In this document: positions 1 through 9,130 of the stretch, one piece after another | Position numbering within the stretch: position 1 is the first letter of the stretch | Layout: every line of letters begins with the position of its first letter | DNA from: Candidatus Bruticola sp. | GTDB lineage: Bacteria > Vulcanimicrobiota > Xenobia > Xenobiales > Xenobiaceae | Assembly (NCBI GenBank): GCA_051874735.1 | Contig: JBJEGD010000031.1 | Location: 66,681-130,680 of the forward strand | Length of the DNA: 64,000 bases | Direction of reading: 5' to 3' | Program-made: the position numbers and the translations under genes | The notes under the pieces: model-generated | The model's input: only the letters and a program-made list of their open reading frames with translations | What the model was told of the DNA's origin: nothing | Database searches by the model: none

Positions 1-1
1 C

Positions 2-1597
2 TGCCTTTTGCTGCCAGGATACAGATTTATCTAAATTTATTTGGGCTATAGAGCCTTCTCTGTAAATTTCACTGAGTTTATACATGGCGGGTATGCAACC
101 AAGTTTGGCAGAATTTTCCAAATGGTGGAGAGCATTGGCAGAATTTTTTTTAGTACCCAGACCTTTCATCTGGCATATAGCATAATTATAAAGCCCGATA
201 GGATGATTAAAAGAGGCTGCTATACGGTAATTTTCGCAGGCTGTTTTATAATCTTGACCTCTAGCTATTCCGTAATAGTAGCAATTGCCAGAATTACATA
301 GACCGTTTAAGCTGCCGTTTTCTCCGGCTTGATTAAATAAATCGGCAGCTGTAGCTTTATTGAGAGGTACAATTTGACCCTCGCTGTAGAGACGCCCCAG
401 CATATTGGCGGCTTCTCCGTCTTTATTATCGGCGGCTTTTATATAGTATTTGAGCGCTTTCGCTTTATTTTGTTTAACTTTGAGACCTTGCTCATAGTAT
501 AATCCTAAAACTGTGCCTGCTGTTCCGTTGCCCAGACGCTCAGCCTTTTCGTAATAATTTAAAGCTTTTTTGAAATCGGCTTTAACCCCCAATCCTAAGT
601 CGAAAAGACGGCCGATGCGCGTTAAGGCGTTACTTTCGCCTAAGGAAGCGCTCTTTTCATAATATTTTATAGCTTGGGAACGGTCTTGCTTCAATCCCAG
701 ACCAATTTCTGCACAATATCCTAGTTTGTAAAAAGCTTTGGCATTATTTTTAGCTGCAGCTTTTTTATACCAGTTTACAGCTTGAGTTGAATTTTGGGTT
801 ACGCCGTGGCCTTGGGCATAAAGATCACCCAAATTGACCATAGCTTCACTGTCGTCGGCCTGAGCAGCTTCGTTGTAAAGTTTAAAAGCTTTTTGATAAC
901 TTTTTTTTGTGCCTTGACCATTTTCAATCATTTCTGCTAAAGCATTTTTGGCTCTAGGATCGCCGAACCCGGCAGCTTTAGATAAATAGGCTATAGCTAG
1001 TCCTAAGTTCTTGTTAACGCCATTGCCAAAGCGGTAGATATTGCCTATCGTCAGCTGAGCTGCTGTGTGGCCCAAGTCAGCGGCCGTTCTATATAGGGTT
1101 ATAGCCGACTTTATGTCTTGTGGGCAGCCCTTAGCATTATATAAACAATCTGCCGCTGTATAAGCCGCCCCTCCGTGTCCTAAAGAAGCCGCTTGGCGCA
1201 GCAGCTGTAAACCTTTGTCGACTTCGTTTTGTTTAATAAATTTTTTGCCTTTTTGATATAATCGTTCCGATTCTGCTGAAGGTTTGGCTGATGCTTGCTT
1301 TTGTGGCAAATCTGTGGCAGATTGAACTGATTCTTTCGTTGAGACAGAGGCTTGGGGGGAAGATATCGAGTCGCCATTAGGAGCAGAAAGTGGCTCCTCA
1401 GCTTGAGCTTCGACCTTATTTGAAGATATTGGGGCTGATTTAGTTTTGGATGTTGGCTGAGAAGATGGGGTGTCAGCTGGAGCACCTGCCTGCACCGGCA
1501 AGATAGTTGCCCCCCAAATTAGACATCCCAAGCAAATTTTTTTCCAGCTAAATTCTATGTTTACGACGCCACAGAGAAATTTGTTTGATAGGTTCAT
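2..1597 (-). CDS. Sel1-like repeat (SLR) protein with N-terminal signal/hydrophobic segment and S/P/T/A-rich linker; 3' end runs off the window
   Basis: Not in the ORF track because it is open at the edge. Hand translation from ATG 1597 (MNLSNKFLCG...CLIWGATILPVQA) gives about 10-11 Sel1 units, e.g. AQLTIGNIYRFGNGVNKNLGLAIAYLSKAA and AMVNLGDLYAQGHGVTQNSTQAVNWYKKAA. AGAGG SD upstream. Confidence 0.9.
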   Translation of the reverse strand, partial: MNLSNKFLCGVVNIEFSWKKICLGCLIWGATILPVQAGAPADTPSSQPTSKTKSAPISSNKVEAQAEEPLSAPNGDSISSPQASVSTKESVQSATDLPQKQASAKPSAESERLYQKGKKFIKQNEVDKGLQLLRQAASLGHGGAAYTAADCLYNAKGCPQDIKSAITLYRTAADLGHTAAQLTIGNIYRFGNGVNKNLGLAIAYLSKAAGFGDPRAKNALAEMIENGQGTKKSYQKAFKLYNEAAQADDSEAMVNLGDLYAQGHGVTQNSTQAVNWYKKAAAKNNAKAFYKLGYCAEIGLGLKQDRSQAIKYYEKSASLGESNALTRIGRLFDLGLGVKADFKKALNYYEKAERLGNGTAGTVLGLYYEQGLKVKQNKAKALKYYIKAADNKDGEAANMLGRLYSEGQIVPLNKATAADLFNQAGENGSLNGLCNSGNCYYYGIARGQDYKTACENYRIAASFNHPIGLYNYAICQMKGLGTKKNSANALHHLENSAKLGCIPAMYKLSEIYREGSIAQINLDKSVSWQQKA

Positions 1598-1749
1598 TTC
1601 TTAGCCTCTCTGCACACAATATCTACGTTAATAAAATTCACAATATTGTCTTTCAATCCTTTGCCATGTTTTTGGGAAATTTAGAAACAAGCTAGGTAAG
1701 GTGTCTATCTGATAAAATAATTTTTATTGAGCCTTGCTTTATTAAATAC

Positions 1750-1778
1750 TTGACAAAGTTACATCATTTGAGTAATAT
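1750..1778 (+). promoter_or_regulatory. sigma70-type promoter of tRNA-Tyr
   Basis: TTGACA (1750-1755), 17 nt spacer, TAATAT (1773-1778), 12 nt before the tRNA. Confidence 0.8.
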
Positions 1779-1790
1779 ACTTGGCGTTAC

Positions 1791-1877
1791 GGGTACGTGG
1801 CAGAGTGGACAATTGCATCAGACTGTAAATCTGACGCGCGACGCGCTACAGAGGTTCGAATCCTTTCGTGCCCACCA
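1791..1877 (+). tRNA. tRNA-Tyr (GTA)
   Basis: Acceptor stem GGGTACG/CGTGCCC, anticodon arm TCAGA-CTGTAAA-TCTGA, long variable arm, GGTTCGAATCC T-arm, encoded CCA. Confidence 0.97.
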
Positions 1878-1888
1878 TAAACAGGGAG

Positions 1889-1926
1889 AAACTCGGTACT
1901 GAATTTATTCAGGCCGAGTTTTTTTT
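1889..1926 (+). terminator. Rho-independent terminator after tRNA-Tyr
   Basis: AAACTCGG..CTGAAT/ATTCAG..CCGAGTTT hairpin followed by a T run. Confidence 0.8.
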
Positions 1927-1936
1927 GCTATTATCC

Positions 1937-1966
1937 TTGACAATTTTTAAATTATCAGATTATTAT
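1937..1966 (+). promoter_or_regulatory. probable sigma70 promoter of the ADP-ribosylglycohydrolase gene
   Basis: TTGACA (1937-1942), 18 nt spacer, TATTAT (1961-1966). Confidence 0.55.
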
Positions 1967-1998
1967 AGTATTAGTAATTCATAAAGCGAGAAAAAATA

Positions 1999-2832
1999 AT
2001 GATTGGTGCAATTATAGGAGACATTATTGGTTCAATATATGAATGGAAAAACGGTTGTAGCGTAAATTTTAAATTATTTGATCCTAAATGTCGCTTCACC
2101 GACGATTCTGTAATGACTATAGCAGTAGGCCAAGCTATTATGGAATTTTACAAGCAAGGTTTTATTCTCAATTATGAAGGTAAAAAGAAGTTGGCAGATT
2201 TAGCTGTACATTACATGCGCAAAATGGGGAGAACTTACCCCAGAAGTGGTTATGGAGGACGTTTTAAAAGTTGGCTGCGTTGTGACAATCCTCAACCCTA
2301 TAACAGTTTCGGCAATGGTGCGGCCATGAGAATAAGTACTGCCGGGTGGGCCGCTGCTAATTTAAATGAAGCCTTAGAATTGGCGGAAGTAGTAACGGCA
2401 GTAACTCACAATCATCCTGAAGGTATAAAAGGGGCGCAAGCAACGACCGCAGCTATCTTTTTAGCTCGCCAAGGCAAAAACAAGCAAGAAATAAAGGCCT
2501 ACATTAACCAACATTTTTATAATATAAACTTTACTTTAGACGAGCTCCGCCTGCATTATAAAGCCGATGTTACCTGCATGCATACGGTTCCTCTGGCGAT
2601 TGAAGCGTTTATAGAAGCGTCCGATCTTGAAGGGGCGGTGCGCTTAGCTATATCTTTAGGAGGCGATAGTGACACTTTGGCGGCCATTACCGGATCTATA
2701 GCTGAAGCTTTTTATGGTGTGCCAAGCCATATAGAAAACGAAGCTATTAAGTTTTTAGACAACAATTTAAAATCGATTTATGAAGAGTGGTGCTCATTTC
2801 AAAATAAGCGGGCTGAACTACTGCAGAAGTAG
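1999..2832 (+). CDS. ADP-ribosylglycohydrolase (DraG/ARH family)
   Basis: Motifs GAIIGDIIGS, FTDDS, SFGNGAAMR, THNHPEG, GGDSDT. Confidence 0.93.
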   Translation: MIGAIIGDIIGSIYEWKNGCSVNFKLFDPKCRFTDDSVMTIAVGQAIMEFYKQGFILNYEGKKKLADLAVHYMRKMGRTYPRSGYGGRFKSWLRCDNPQPYNSFGNGAAMRISTAGWAAANLNEALELAEVVTAVTHNHPEGIKGAQATTAAIFLARQGKNKQEIKAYINQHFYNINFTLDELRLHYKADVTCMHTVPLAIEAFIEASDLEGAVRLAISLGGDSDTLAAITGSIAEAFYGVPSHIENEAIKFLDNNLKSIYEEWCSFQNKRAELLQK

Positions 2833-2877
2833 AGTTTAGAAAATTATCTAGTGTTCATAGAATTTAGCCGAAATAAC

Positions 2878-2918
2878 AGAAGGATGAGGTTAAAAGCTAC
2901 ATCCCACCTCATCCTTCT
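2878..2918. terminator. inverted repeat between convergent genes, likely bidirectional terminator
   Basis: 13-bp perfect inverted repeat AGAAGGATGAGGT / ACCTCATCCTTCT. Confidence 0.65.
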
Positions 2919-2948
2919 AAAATTGTAGGCCGATAGAATTAGACAAAA

Positions 2949-3473
2949 CTAATGTTTTATAACGCGTCCTTCGCGTATAGGGTGAGCTTTGGGAGATTCA
3001 GCGGCATAGCCTAAAATGCAGTGGCCTATACCCTCATATCCTTCAGGTACACCTAACCTGCGGAAGATTTCCTGTCCTTCTGCACATTCTGATTCCTCTT
3101 TGGCTCTATTAATCCAGCAGCAGCCTAAACCCAGGGCGTGAGCAGCGGTCATAAGGTTGCCCATAACCAAACTGCCATCATAAACGTGGTTTTTGTTATT
3201 TTTTTCAGCCATAACTACTAGCACTACTGGAGCTCCGTAAAACGGGTCGAAGCCTTCCGCCCAGCCTCCGATTCGGCCATTTAAAGCTGCCAACTGATCG
3301 CGCGTCTCTTTATCCGTTATTTCTATAATAATGGTGGGCTGCTTATTCATAGCGCTAGCAGCGCAGAGGCCGGCCTCAATAATTTCTTCGATTAAATTTT
3401 GGGGAACAGTACGGAGGCTATCGTATCGACGTATACTGCGGCGGCTTTTTAAACTGGCAATGACTTCGTTCAT
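2949..3473 (-). CDS. nitroreductase family protein
   Basis: RRSIRRY, A(P/A)SAMNKQP, PFYGAP, AAHALGLGCCWI. Confidence 0.93.
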   Translation of the reverse strand: MNEVIASLKSRRSIRRYDSLRTVPQNLIEEIIEAGLCAASAMNKQPTIIIEITDKETRDQLAALNGRIGGWAEGFDPFYGAPVVLVVMAEKNNKNHVYDGSLVMGNLMTAAHALGLGCCWINRAKEESECAEGQEIFRRLGVPEGYEGIGHCILGYAAESPKAHPIREGRVIKH

Positions 3474-3491
3474 ATTGCTAATCCTTTTCTA

Positions 3492-4028
3492 TTATTTAAG
3501 ATTTTTCCCCATATCATAAGCTTGTTGAGGATATTTAGTAACTTCGATAGCTTCTCTGGTAGGGCAAGAGGGAGCTAAAAGCATACCTGCATCTTGCCAA
3601 TTCATATATTTATTATTAGTTAAATAAGATGCTTTTATGCCGTCGAAGAGCCATTCTGTGCAGTCAGCGGCAGCTACCAAGAGCATAGTCTTTTTAGGCT
3701 GACGCAGTTCTTCATTTATGCGATAATAACGATCAACTATAGCTTTTAATTGAGAGGGGAAATCGTGGTAATACAGAGGAGTAACGTATACTACGGCATC
3801 TGCTTCAATTAATTTCGGAGTCAGTTCATTCATATCATCGTTAAAAGCACAACTTCTGTCTCCTTGCTGACAATGATCGCAGGCAATGCAGAAATGCACC
3901 TTTTTGAAGGAGGCGTCAAAACGGTAGACCTGATGTCCAGCTTCTTGGGCTCCGGCAATAAATCTGTCTGCTAAGAGAGCGGAAGTTCCATGACGATGAG
4001 GGCTGGCACTTATTACGACAATTTTCAT
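3492..4028 (-). CDS. flavodoxin family / NADPH-dependent FMN reductase-like iron-sulfur flavoprotein
   Basis: SASPHRHGTS, CxxCxxC-x5-C (CIACDHCQQGDRSC), TPLYY, QLKAIVDR. Confidence 0.9.
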   Translation of the reverse strand: MKIVVISASPHRHGTSALLADRFIAGAQEAGHQVYRFDASFKKVHFCIACDHCQQGDRSCAFNDDMNELTPKLIEADAVVYVTPLYYHDFPSQLKAIVDRYYRINEELRQPKKTMLLVAAADCTEWLFDGIKASYLTNNKYMNWQDAGMLLAPSCPTREAIEVTKYPQQAYDMGKNLK

Positions 4029-4150
4029 ATGAATAAGCTCAGTTTTATGTCTGTTGTGCTGTAGATTGTTTGCAGCTTCATAAAACCGTTTCCTTTCTGT
4101 GCAGTTTGATTGACAAAACGATCTGAAGATAATAGATATACTTGTTTAGC

Positions 4151-5248
4151 TTATAAGATATTATCCTGCTTTTGTATTCGCAGCAGATAATGATGGTTAG
4201 GTTCGTTAATTTCAATATTCTGCACTAGTAAATTGGCTGATAAAGCTATTTTTTCAATAGTTTTTGCAGGAGCCATTAATTCAGCACTGTCATAAATGAG
4301 AAGCTCTCCGCCTTTTTTCAAGGAAGAAACTAAATTTTGTAAATATTTAGCTCCTCGTTGGCAACGTTCCGCTTCGCTGTCAGGACTGAATTGATCGTAA
4401 ATGTTGTGAATATCGAATAAGCAAATCAGATCAGCTTCTGCTGGAGCTAGTCCTGTATGTTGGTTCTCAGAACTAATCAAGCGATATTCTATGTGTTGAA
4501 ACTTCGGATCGCGTTTAGATAAATATAAGCAAAAGTTTTTGAGTTCAGGTTCTATATCCACACAGATCAACTTGCCCTTAGGGGTTACGCTTGCTGAAAT
4601 TTGAGCCAATAATAAACCTGCTCCGCCCCCTATATCGGCTACAGTTTTGCCTTGTAAGCGGTTCTGCCAACCTGATGCTTTAATAAGCGATTCTAAAAGT
4701 TCAGCTCGATGGCGGCTAAACATACCCACTTCAATATGATTTACAGCAGAAAATATTCGGCTTTTTCCTAAACGATAATCTCGGCATATGCGCAGTTCCT
4801 GAGCTAAATTGGGACGAGATATTATATAGTCGTAGGCAGCTTGCTGCCAAGGATCGCTGTATGTAGGCAGTTTTTGATGAGTTATTTGCTGCTGCAGAAA
4901 ACGAGCTACATAAGGCAAATGGCCTGGACAATTTCGGCCGACTTTTTCAATAGTTTTTATATCCTGAAGAATTTGTTCGGCAACCTGGTCTTTTTGCTGA
5001 TTGTCTAGCTCAAGATAATTTATAAAGTTATTCTCTGCTTGATTGATAGCTTGAGCTTGTGGATTAGTGCTCTTGAAACGCTCATTGGTACGCTCTTCTA
5101 AATGATTACAGTTCTCAGAAGATGTTTTTGTGACTGTAAATGAAGGAGATTGAGTCACAGATCTAGGTGGTGCAGAACAAGATAATGTTCCACTGAGTAA
5201 AACTGCAGCTAAAAAGGGAAGGCGTAATAAATTTTTGTGATCTTTCAT
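4151..5248 (-). CDS. putative lipoprotein with C-terminal class I SAM-dependent methyltransferase domain
   Basis: Signal peptide ending LSGTLSC. Motif I VADIGGGAG, VDIE, SLKKGGELLIYD. Confidence 0.75.
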   Translation of the reverse strand: MKDHKNLLRLPFLAAVLLSGTLSCSAPPRSVTQSPSFTVTKTSSENCNHLEERTNERFKSTNPQAQAINQAENNFINYLELDNQQKDQVAEQILQDIKTIEKVGRNCPGHLPYVARFLQQQITHQKLPTYSDPWQQAAYDYIISRPNLAQELRICRDYRLGKSRIFSAVNHIEVGMFSRHRAELLESLIKASGWQNRLQGKTVADIGGGAGLLLAQISASVTPKGKLICVDIEPELKNFCLYLSKRDPKFQHIEYRLISSENQHTGLAPAEADLICLFDIHNIYDQFSPDSEAERCQRGAKYLQNLVSSLKKGGELLIYDSAELMAPAKTIEKIALSANLLVQNIEINEPNHHYLLRIQKQDNIL

Positions 5249-6468
5249 ATACGCTCCATGCGGCGGCCTAGCATAAATAGCGGTTCTCCGCTGCGTCTAG
5301 TTAAAAAAACGGTAAGACTATTGGAAGTACGGCAGGTTTTTATTTTTTGTCTAATTGTTTCAGGTTCTACAGCAAAATTACGTTTTTTTATCTCTATTAT
5401 ACCTATTTCCAATTCTTTAATTCGCTTCTGTAGCTTTTTGAGGGAAAATTTATGAATTTCTTCAAGTAGGAAGGCTTCAGCTAAAGGCTCAGAAGTAAAA
5501 TAGTCGCTAACTAGCCAGCTGGTTGAAGGATCGAAGAGGTGGGCTTGGAGTTTGTCGGCATAAGTATGGAGCAAACCTGAACGCAGCAGCACTGGTTCAA
5601 CTTCATAGAGGTATTGCCCCTCTCTTAATTCTCCTACCTCTACTTGGTTATTTTGTTCTAGAGGATGCCGCTCAGTATGCCAAATATTTTCTTTTAAATA
5701 TATTGAAGCTTCTAAAAAAGGATTGTTAGGGAGGTTAAGCCAGAGTACGGCCTCCCGGCATTGGCGGCTAGGTCCTGTAAATTCTAAAGAGGCCGGTTTC
5801 AGTTGCTCCATCATTTCTTTGTTGAAGCTGGGAGATAGTTTTATAGCCGCAGGTATAGCTAAGCGGCGCAGTAGGTCCACAACTTGTGGCAGAGGTGGCA
5901 AAGTTTCCAGGGGATTGTAGATACGCCTGTCATTTTGACGTCGGGCTGGATCACTGAAAGCTGCTGCCGCTTCGGGAAGCTGATCATGCATATAATCAGC
6001 TTGTAAAGTATAAATAGGAAAAGGCAGCTGCAGACGTGCAGCGTTTACTTCTAAAATGTCCAGTCTTTCTCTATCTAAATCAACGGCAATTACTGGACGA
6101 AAATGAGCCATAGCTAAGGCGTCGCCGCCGATGCCGCATCCTAAATCGAGGAAGGGGGCTTCCGAGAGGGAGGCCGCTTGGTGAAGTTTTTGGGCTCTAT
6201 GCATAGCTAAGGGCCATGAGGTCGCTTGTTCTAAAGCTTTCTCTTCATAAAACATGTTGGCGGCCATAGGAGCAGGAAACTTATTGGCCCCTTTGCCTCT
6301 CAATTTAACCTGATTTAGCAGTAGCGAGGTCTCATTGCTGTTAAAGCGGCGGCGCAATTTTTTGATAATTTTAAGTTCATCAGGACCATCGATTTTTTGC
6401 TGAGCCAATTCAGATAATACAGTTTGAATTTCTGCCTGGCAGAGAAATTGTAATTGCTGTTTGTCCAT
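5245..6468 (-). CDS. class I SAM-dependent methyltransferase with THUMP-like C-terminal domain
   Basis: ALEQATS, LDLGCGIGGDA, DPARR, YLYEVEPVLLRSG, EIKKRNF. Start placed at ATG 6468 (MDKQQL); the ORF track extends it to 6552. Confidence 0.85.
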   Translation of the reverse strand: MDKQQLQFLCQAEIQTVLSELAQQKIDGPDELKIIKKLRRRFNSNETSLLLNQVKLRGKGANKFPAPMAANMFYEEKALEQATSWPLAMHRAQKLHQAASLSEAPFLDLGCGIGGDALAMAHFRPVIAVDLDRERLDILEVNAARLQLPFPIYTLQADYMHDQLPEAAAAFSDPARRQNDRRIYNPLETLPPLPQVVDLLRRLAIPAAIKLSPSFNKEMMEQLKPASLEFTGPSRQCREAVLWLNLPNNPFLEASIYLKENIWHTERHPLEQNNQVEVGELREGQYLYEVEPVLLRSGLLHTYADKLQAHLFDPSTSWLVSDYFTSEPLAEAFLLEEIHKFSLKKLQKRIKELEIGIIEIKKRNFAVEPETIRQKIKTCRTSNSLTVFLTRRSGEPLFMLGRRMERI

Positions 6469-6620
6469 AGTATCGTTTTTATATTCAGTTATAGTTGAGT
6501 TAAAATTTAAATTTTTGTTCCAGATAACTGGACAGAAAGAAAACCCTGCCAAGTTCTTTCTGCTGAGAAAAAAACGAGACAGGGCTCTACTAATTCAGTT
6601 CATTAGCTAAAGAGTAATAT

Positions 6621-7760
6621 TTAGTCTTGTTTTGCACCGCAGTTGGGGCAGAACTTGGCTCCAGGAGCTAACTCAGTACCGCAAGAGCAGACTTTCTTAT
6701 CTGGAGCTACTTTTGTGCCGCATTCAGGGCAGAACTTACTTCCAGCAGGAACTGGAGCTTGGCAGCTGGGGCAGGGAATTGTACCCGGAGGAAGCATCTT
6801 TGTACCGCAGTTAGGACAGAATTTGCCGCCAGCATTTACAGGAGTGTGGCAGTTGGGGCAGGGTACCGAAGGAGCTTGCTGAGCTGGATTGGCTTGCATT
6901 CCGCCTTGCATTCCGCTTTGCATAGCTTGCTGCATAATTTGAGGCATCATCATGCCCATACCCATACCCATGCCGGCGCCCATGCCGCCGCCAACCATGC
7001 CCTGGTTATTGGCCATATCACCCAGCGCATCGGCCGCCTTAAGCTGCATATAGTTTTGTACACCCAAAGCGCCCATAGTAGCACGTTTGCGGAAAGCTGC
7101 CTGAATCTCTTCTGGTACGGAAACATCTTGAATGAAGAAGTCGCGCAAAGACACACCGTACTTGCCAAAGTCGTCCTTGACTTTAACTTTCATTGCCGCC
7201 ACTAATTCATCTAAGTTGCTTCGGATGCTGGCGTATGACTGGAAAGTTGTGCTCAAAAGGTCATTGAGACGGGTGCGTATACTGCCCTTGAGGGTAGTGT
7301 TGAGATCTTTAGTTGTATAGGTCGCCCGGGTACCTACCAAAGTATTTACGAAGAGCTGAGGATCTTCGATTCGAATCGACATAGTGCCGAAGGCGCGCAA
7401 CTGTACCCATCCTAAGTCTGGATCTTTGAGATCGATAGGATTGGGAGTTCCCCACTTAAGGTCGGTGATAACTTGCTGATTAACGAAGTAAACTTCAGCA
7501 GCAAATACGTTCTTTCCGCCGCTAGTGAAACGATTTAAAAACTCGGTGAGAATTGGGATATTGGCGGTAGAGAGTGTGTGACGTCCGGCTTTAAAAGTAT
7601 CCATGGCCTGGCCGTCGCGATAGAAAATAGCTGACTGGCTTTCACGTACAATGAGCTGAGCGCCCATTCTAATGTCAGCTGGACCATCTTCAGGGACTCT
7701 GCCTACTAACGCAGTCGGATCAGTGGGACGCCAATCGATAACATCTAAATATCTAGCCAT
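6621..7760 (-). CDS. SPFH (band 7, YdjI-like) domain protein with three C-terminal zinc-ribbon units
   Basis: QLIVRESQSAIF, EVYFVN, KWGTPNPI, LRAFG. G/M-rich linker. CPNC..FCPNCG, CPSC..FCPECG, CSCG..FCPNCG. Confidence 0.9.
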   Translation of the reverse strand: MARYLDVIDWRPTDPTALVGRVPEDGPADIRMGAQLIVRESQSAIFYRDGQAMDTFKAGRHTLSTANIPILTEFLNRFTSGGKNVFAAEVYFVNQQVITDLKWGTPNPIDLKDPDLGWVQLRAFGTMSIRIEDPQLFVNTLVGTRATYTTKDLNTTLKGSIRTRLNDLLSTTFQSYASIRSNLDELVAAMKVKVKDDFGKYGVSLRDFFIQDVSVPEEIQAAFRKRATMGALGVQNYMQLKAADALGDMANNQGMVGGGMGAGMGMGMGMMMPQIMQQAMQSGMQGGMQANPAQQAPSVPCPNCHTPVNAGGKFCPNCGTKMLPPGTIPCPSCQAPVPAGSKFCPECGTKVAPDKKVCSCGTELAPGAKFCPNCGAKQD

Positions 7761-7770
7761 ATTTTAAGCC

Positions 7771-8286
7771 TTACTTAATCCCTTTCAAAATAAGTTCGCG
7801 CTCATTAAGAGCATTGTCAAAACTGTTAATGCATTTGGTTAAAGATTTGAGGGCTAACTTAGGATCGTTACCTTCGTCAGCTGCACTTTGTATACTCATA
7901 AGCGCTTCTTCTGCATTGCTGATTATATTGACCAATGAAAGATCGTAATCGTAAATGTGGCTCAACTCTTCTTCGTTTATTTTTACAGCGTCAAAGAAAC
8001 CAGCATAACCGCGATTGGCGTAACGCACGCGTTCGATCACGCGATCGAGTTTGTTAGCGACTTTATCGAAAGGTTCCATTACAGAGAGATTGCCGGATCC
8101 TAGAAACTCTTCCTGAGCAGATTGCATGTTGGATTTGAGTTCAGTCAGTCTTTTAGCCATGTACTCTCTATGAGCGGCGTCGCTTTCGCGTCTGGCAGCT
8201 CTTTCCTGCATACCAGTATATCCAGGAATTTTATGCATAAGGTCGTCAATTTTTTGGGAAATGTTTTCGAGGTTTAATTTATCCAC
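7771..8286 (-). CDS. conserved helical hypothetical protein, co-transcribed with the SPFH gene
   Basis: AAGGAGG SD and GTG start. IPGYTG..ERAARRESD, GYAGFFDAVKI..EEL..IY.YD. 10 bp from the SPFH gene. Confidence 0.8.
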   Translation of the reverse strand: MDKLNLENISQKIDDLMHKIPGYTGMQERAARRESDAAHREYMAKRLTELKSNMQSAQEEFLGSGNLSVMEPFDKVANKLDRVIERVRYANRGYAGFFDAVKINEEELSHIYDYDLSLVNIISNAEEALMSIQSAADEGNDPKLALKSLTKCINSFDNALNERELILKGIK

Positions 8287-8591
8287 TTAAGGCCTCCTTG
8301 CTGGCAAGATCCGAAGAACCTCTAATGCAACCAATTAAGCTGCAACATATCCTCAAATTTCGTTAGTATACTGTTAGCTTCCTTTTTAAGTTGTTTATTT
8401 TCGTTATCTATTTGCATGCGTCTGGATAGTAAAATTTAAGTTATTTTTAGTACAAGTAAAAGACAGTTACATAAGTGAGATGTTTAAAATTTCATAAAGA
8501 CTACTGGTTTTTTGGATAGTTACCTTATTTCATAAACTAAACTTATGATGTCTGCTAAGTTAGCCTATATATATGTTGACGGTGTATAGGA

Positions 8592-9119
8592 TTATTTCAA
8601 GCTCAATCGTTGTAAAATTCTGTTTTCGCGGCGGCGTCTGCCGGTAAGCATAGTCGTCCAGTGATCATCTCCTAATGGTTTTACTAAAATTGTAAACAGC
8701 CCCAGCTTCTTGCCTCCAGCTATGTCTGTAAAAATTTGGTCCCCTATGACAGCAGTATTTTCCGGCTGAGAATTCATCATCTGCATAGCTGATAAAAAAG
8801 GCTTAGCTCCTGGCTTTCTTTCCCAGAAACGTGCCGCAAAGTAATGCTCGGTGCCTATCTGCTGTGCAATAAGACGAACTCTCTCCTCACGAGCTCGCCC
8901 CCAAATAATGTTAGAAACAATGCAGATTTTTTCGATATATCCCTGCCGTTTAGCTTCAGCAAGAGCGTCTGCTGCTTGCCTATCTATAACGGAGGAACTG
9001 CGCAGAGCTAGAGTGTTGTCTACATCGAGACATATATTTACTTTCTTCAGACTGGCCAGCTTGGCAAACGGAATGTCAGATATTTTACTGCAGTAAAGAT
9101 CGGGAATATACCTGTGCAC
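8592..9119 (-). CDS. yqeG: YqeG family HAD-IIIA phosphatase
   Basis: DVDNTL, VSN, RKP, IGDQIFTDIAGG. Confidence 0.88.
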   Translation of the reverse strand: MHRYIPDLYCSKISDIPFAKLASLKKVNICLDVDNTLALRSSSVIDRQAADALAEAKRQGYIEKICIVSNIIWGRAREERVRLIAQQIGTEHYFAARFWERKPGAKPFLSAMQMMNSQPENTAVIGDQIFTDIAGGKKLGLFTILVKPLGDDHWTTMLTGRRRRENRILQRLSLK

Positions 9120-9130
9120 AATAATTGCCT

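Noticed and set aside
1180-1485. 101-aa minus-strand ORF, and the 41-301 plus-strand ORF
   Set aside because: Alternate-frame and antisense shadows of the Sel1-repeat gene.
6895-7000. CCCATA/CCGCC-type micro-repeats
   Set aside because: Explained by the Gly/Met-rich linker of the SPFH protein.
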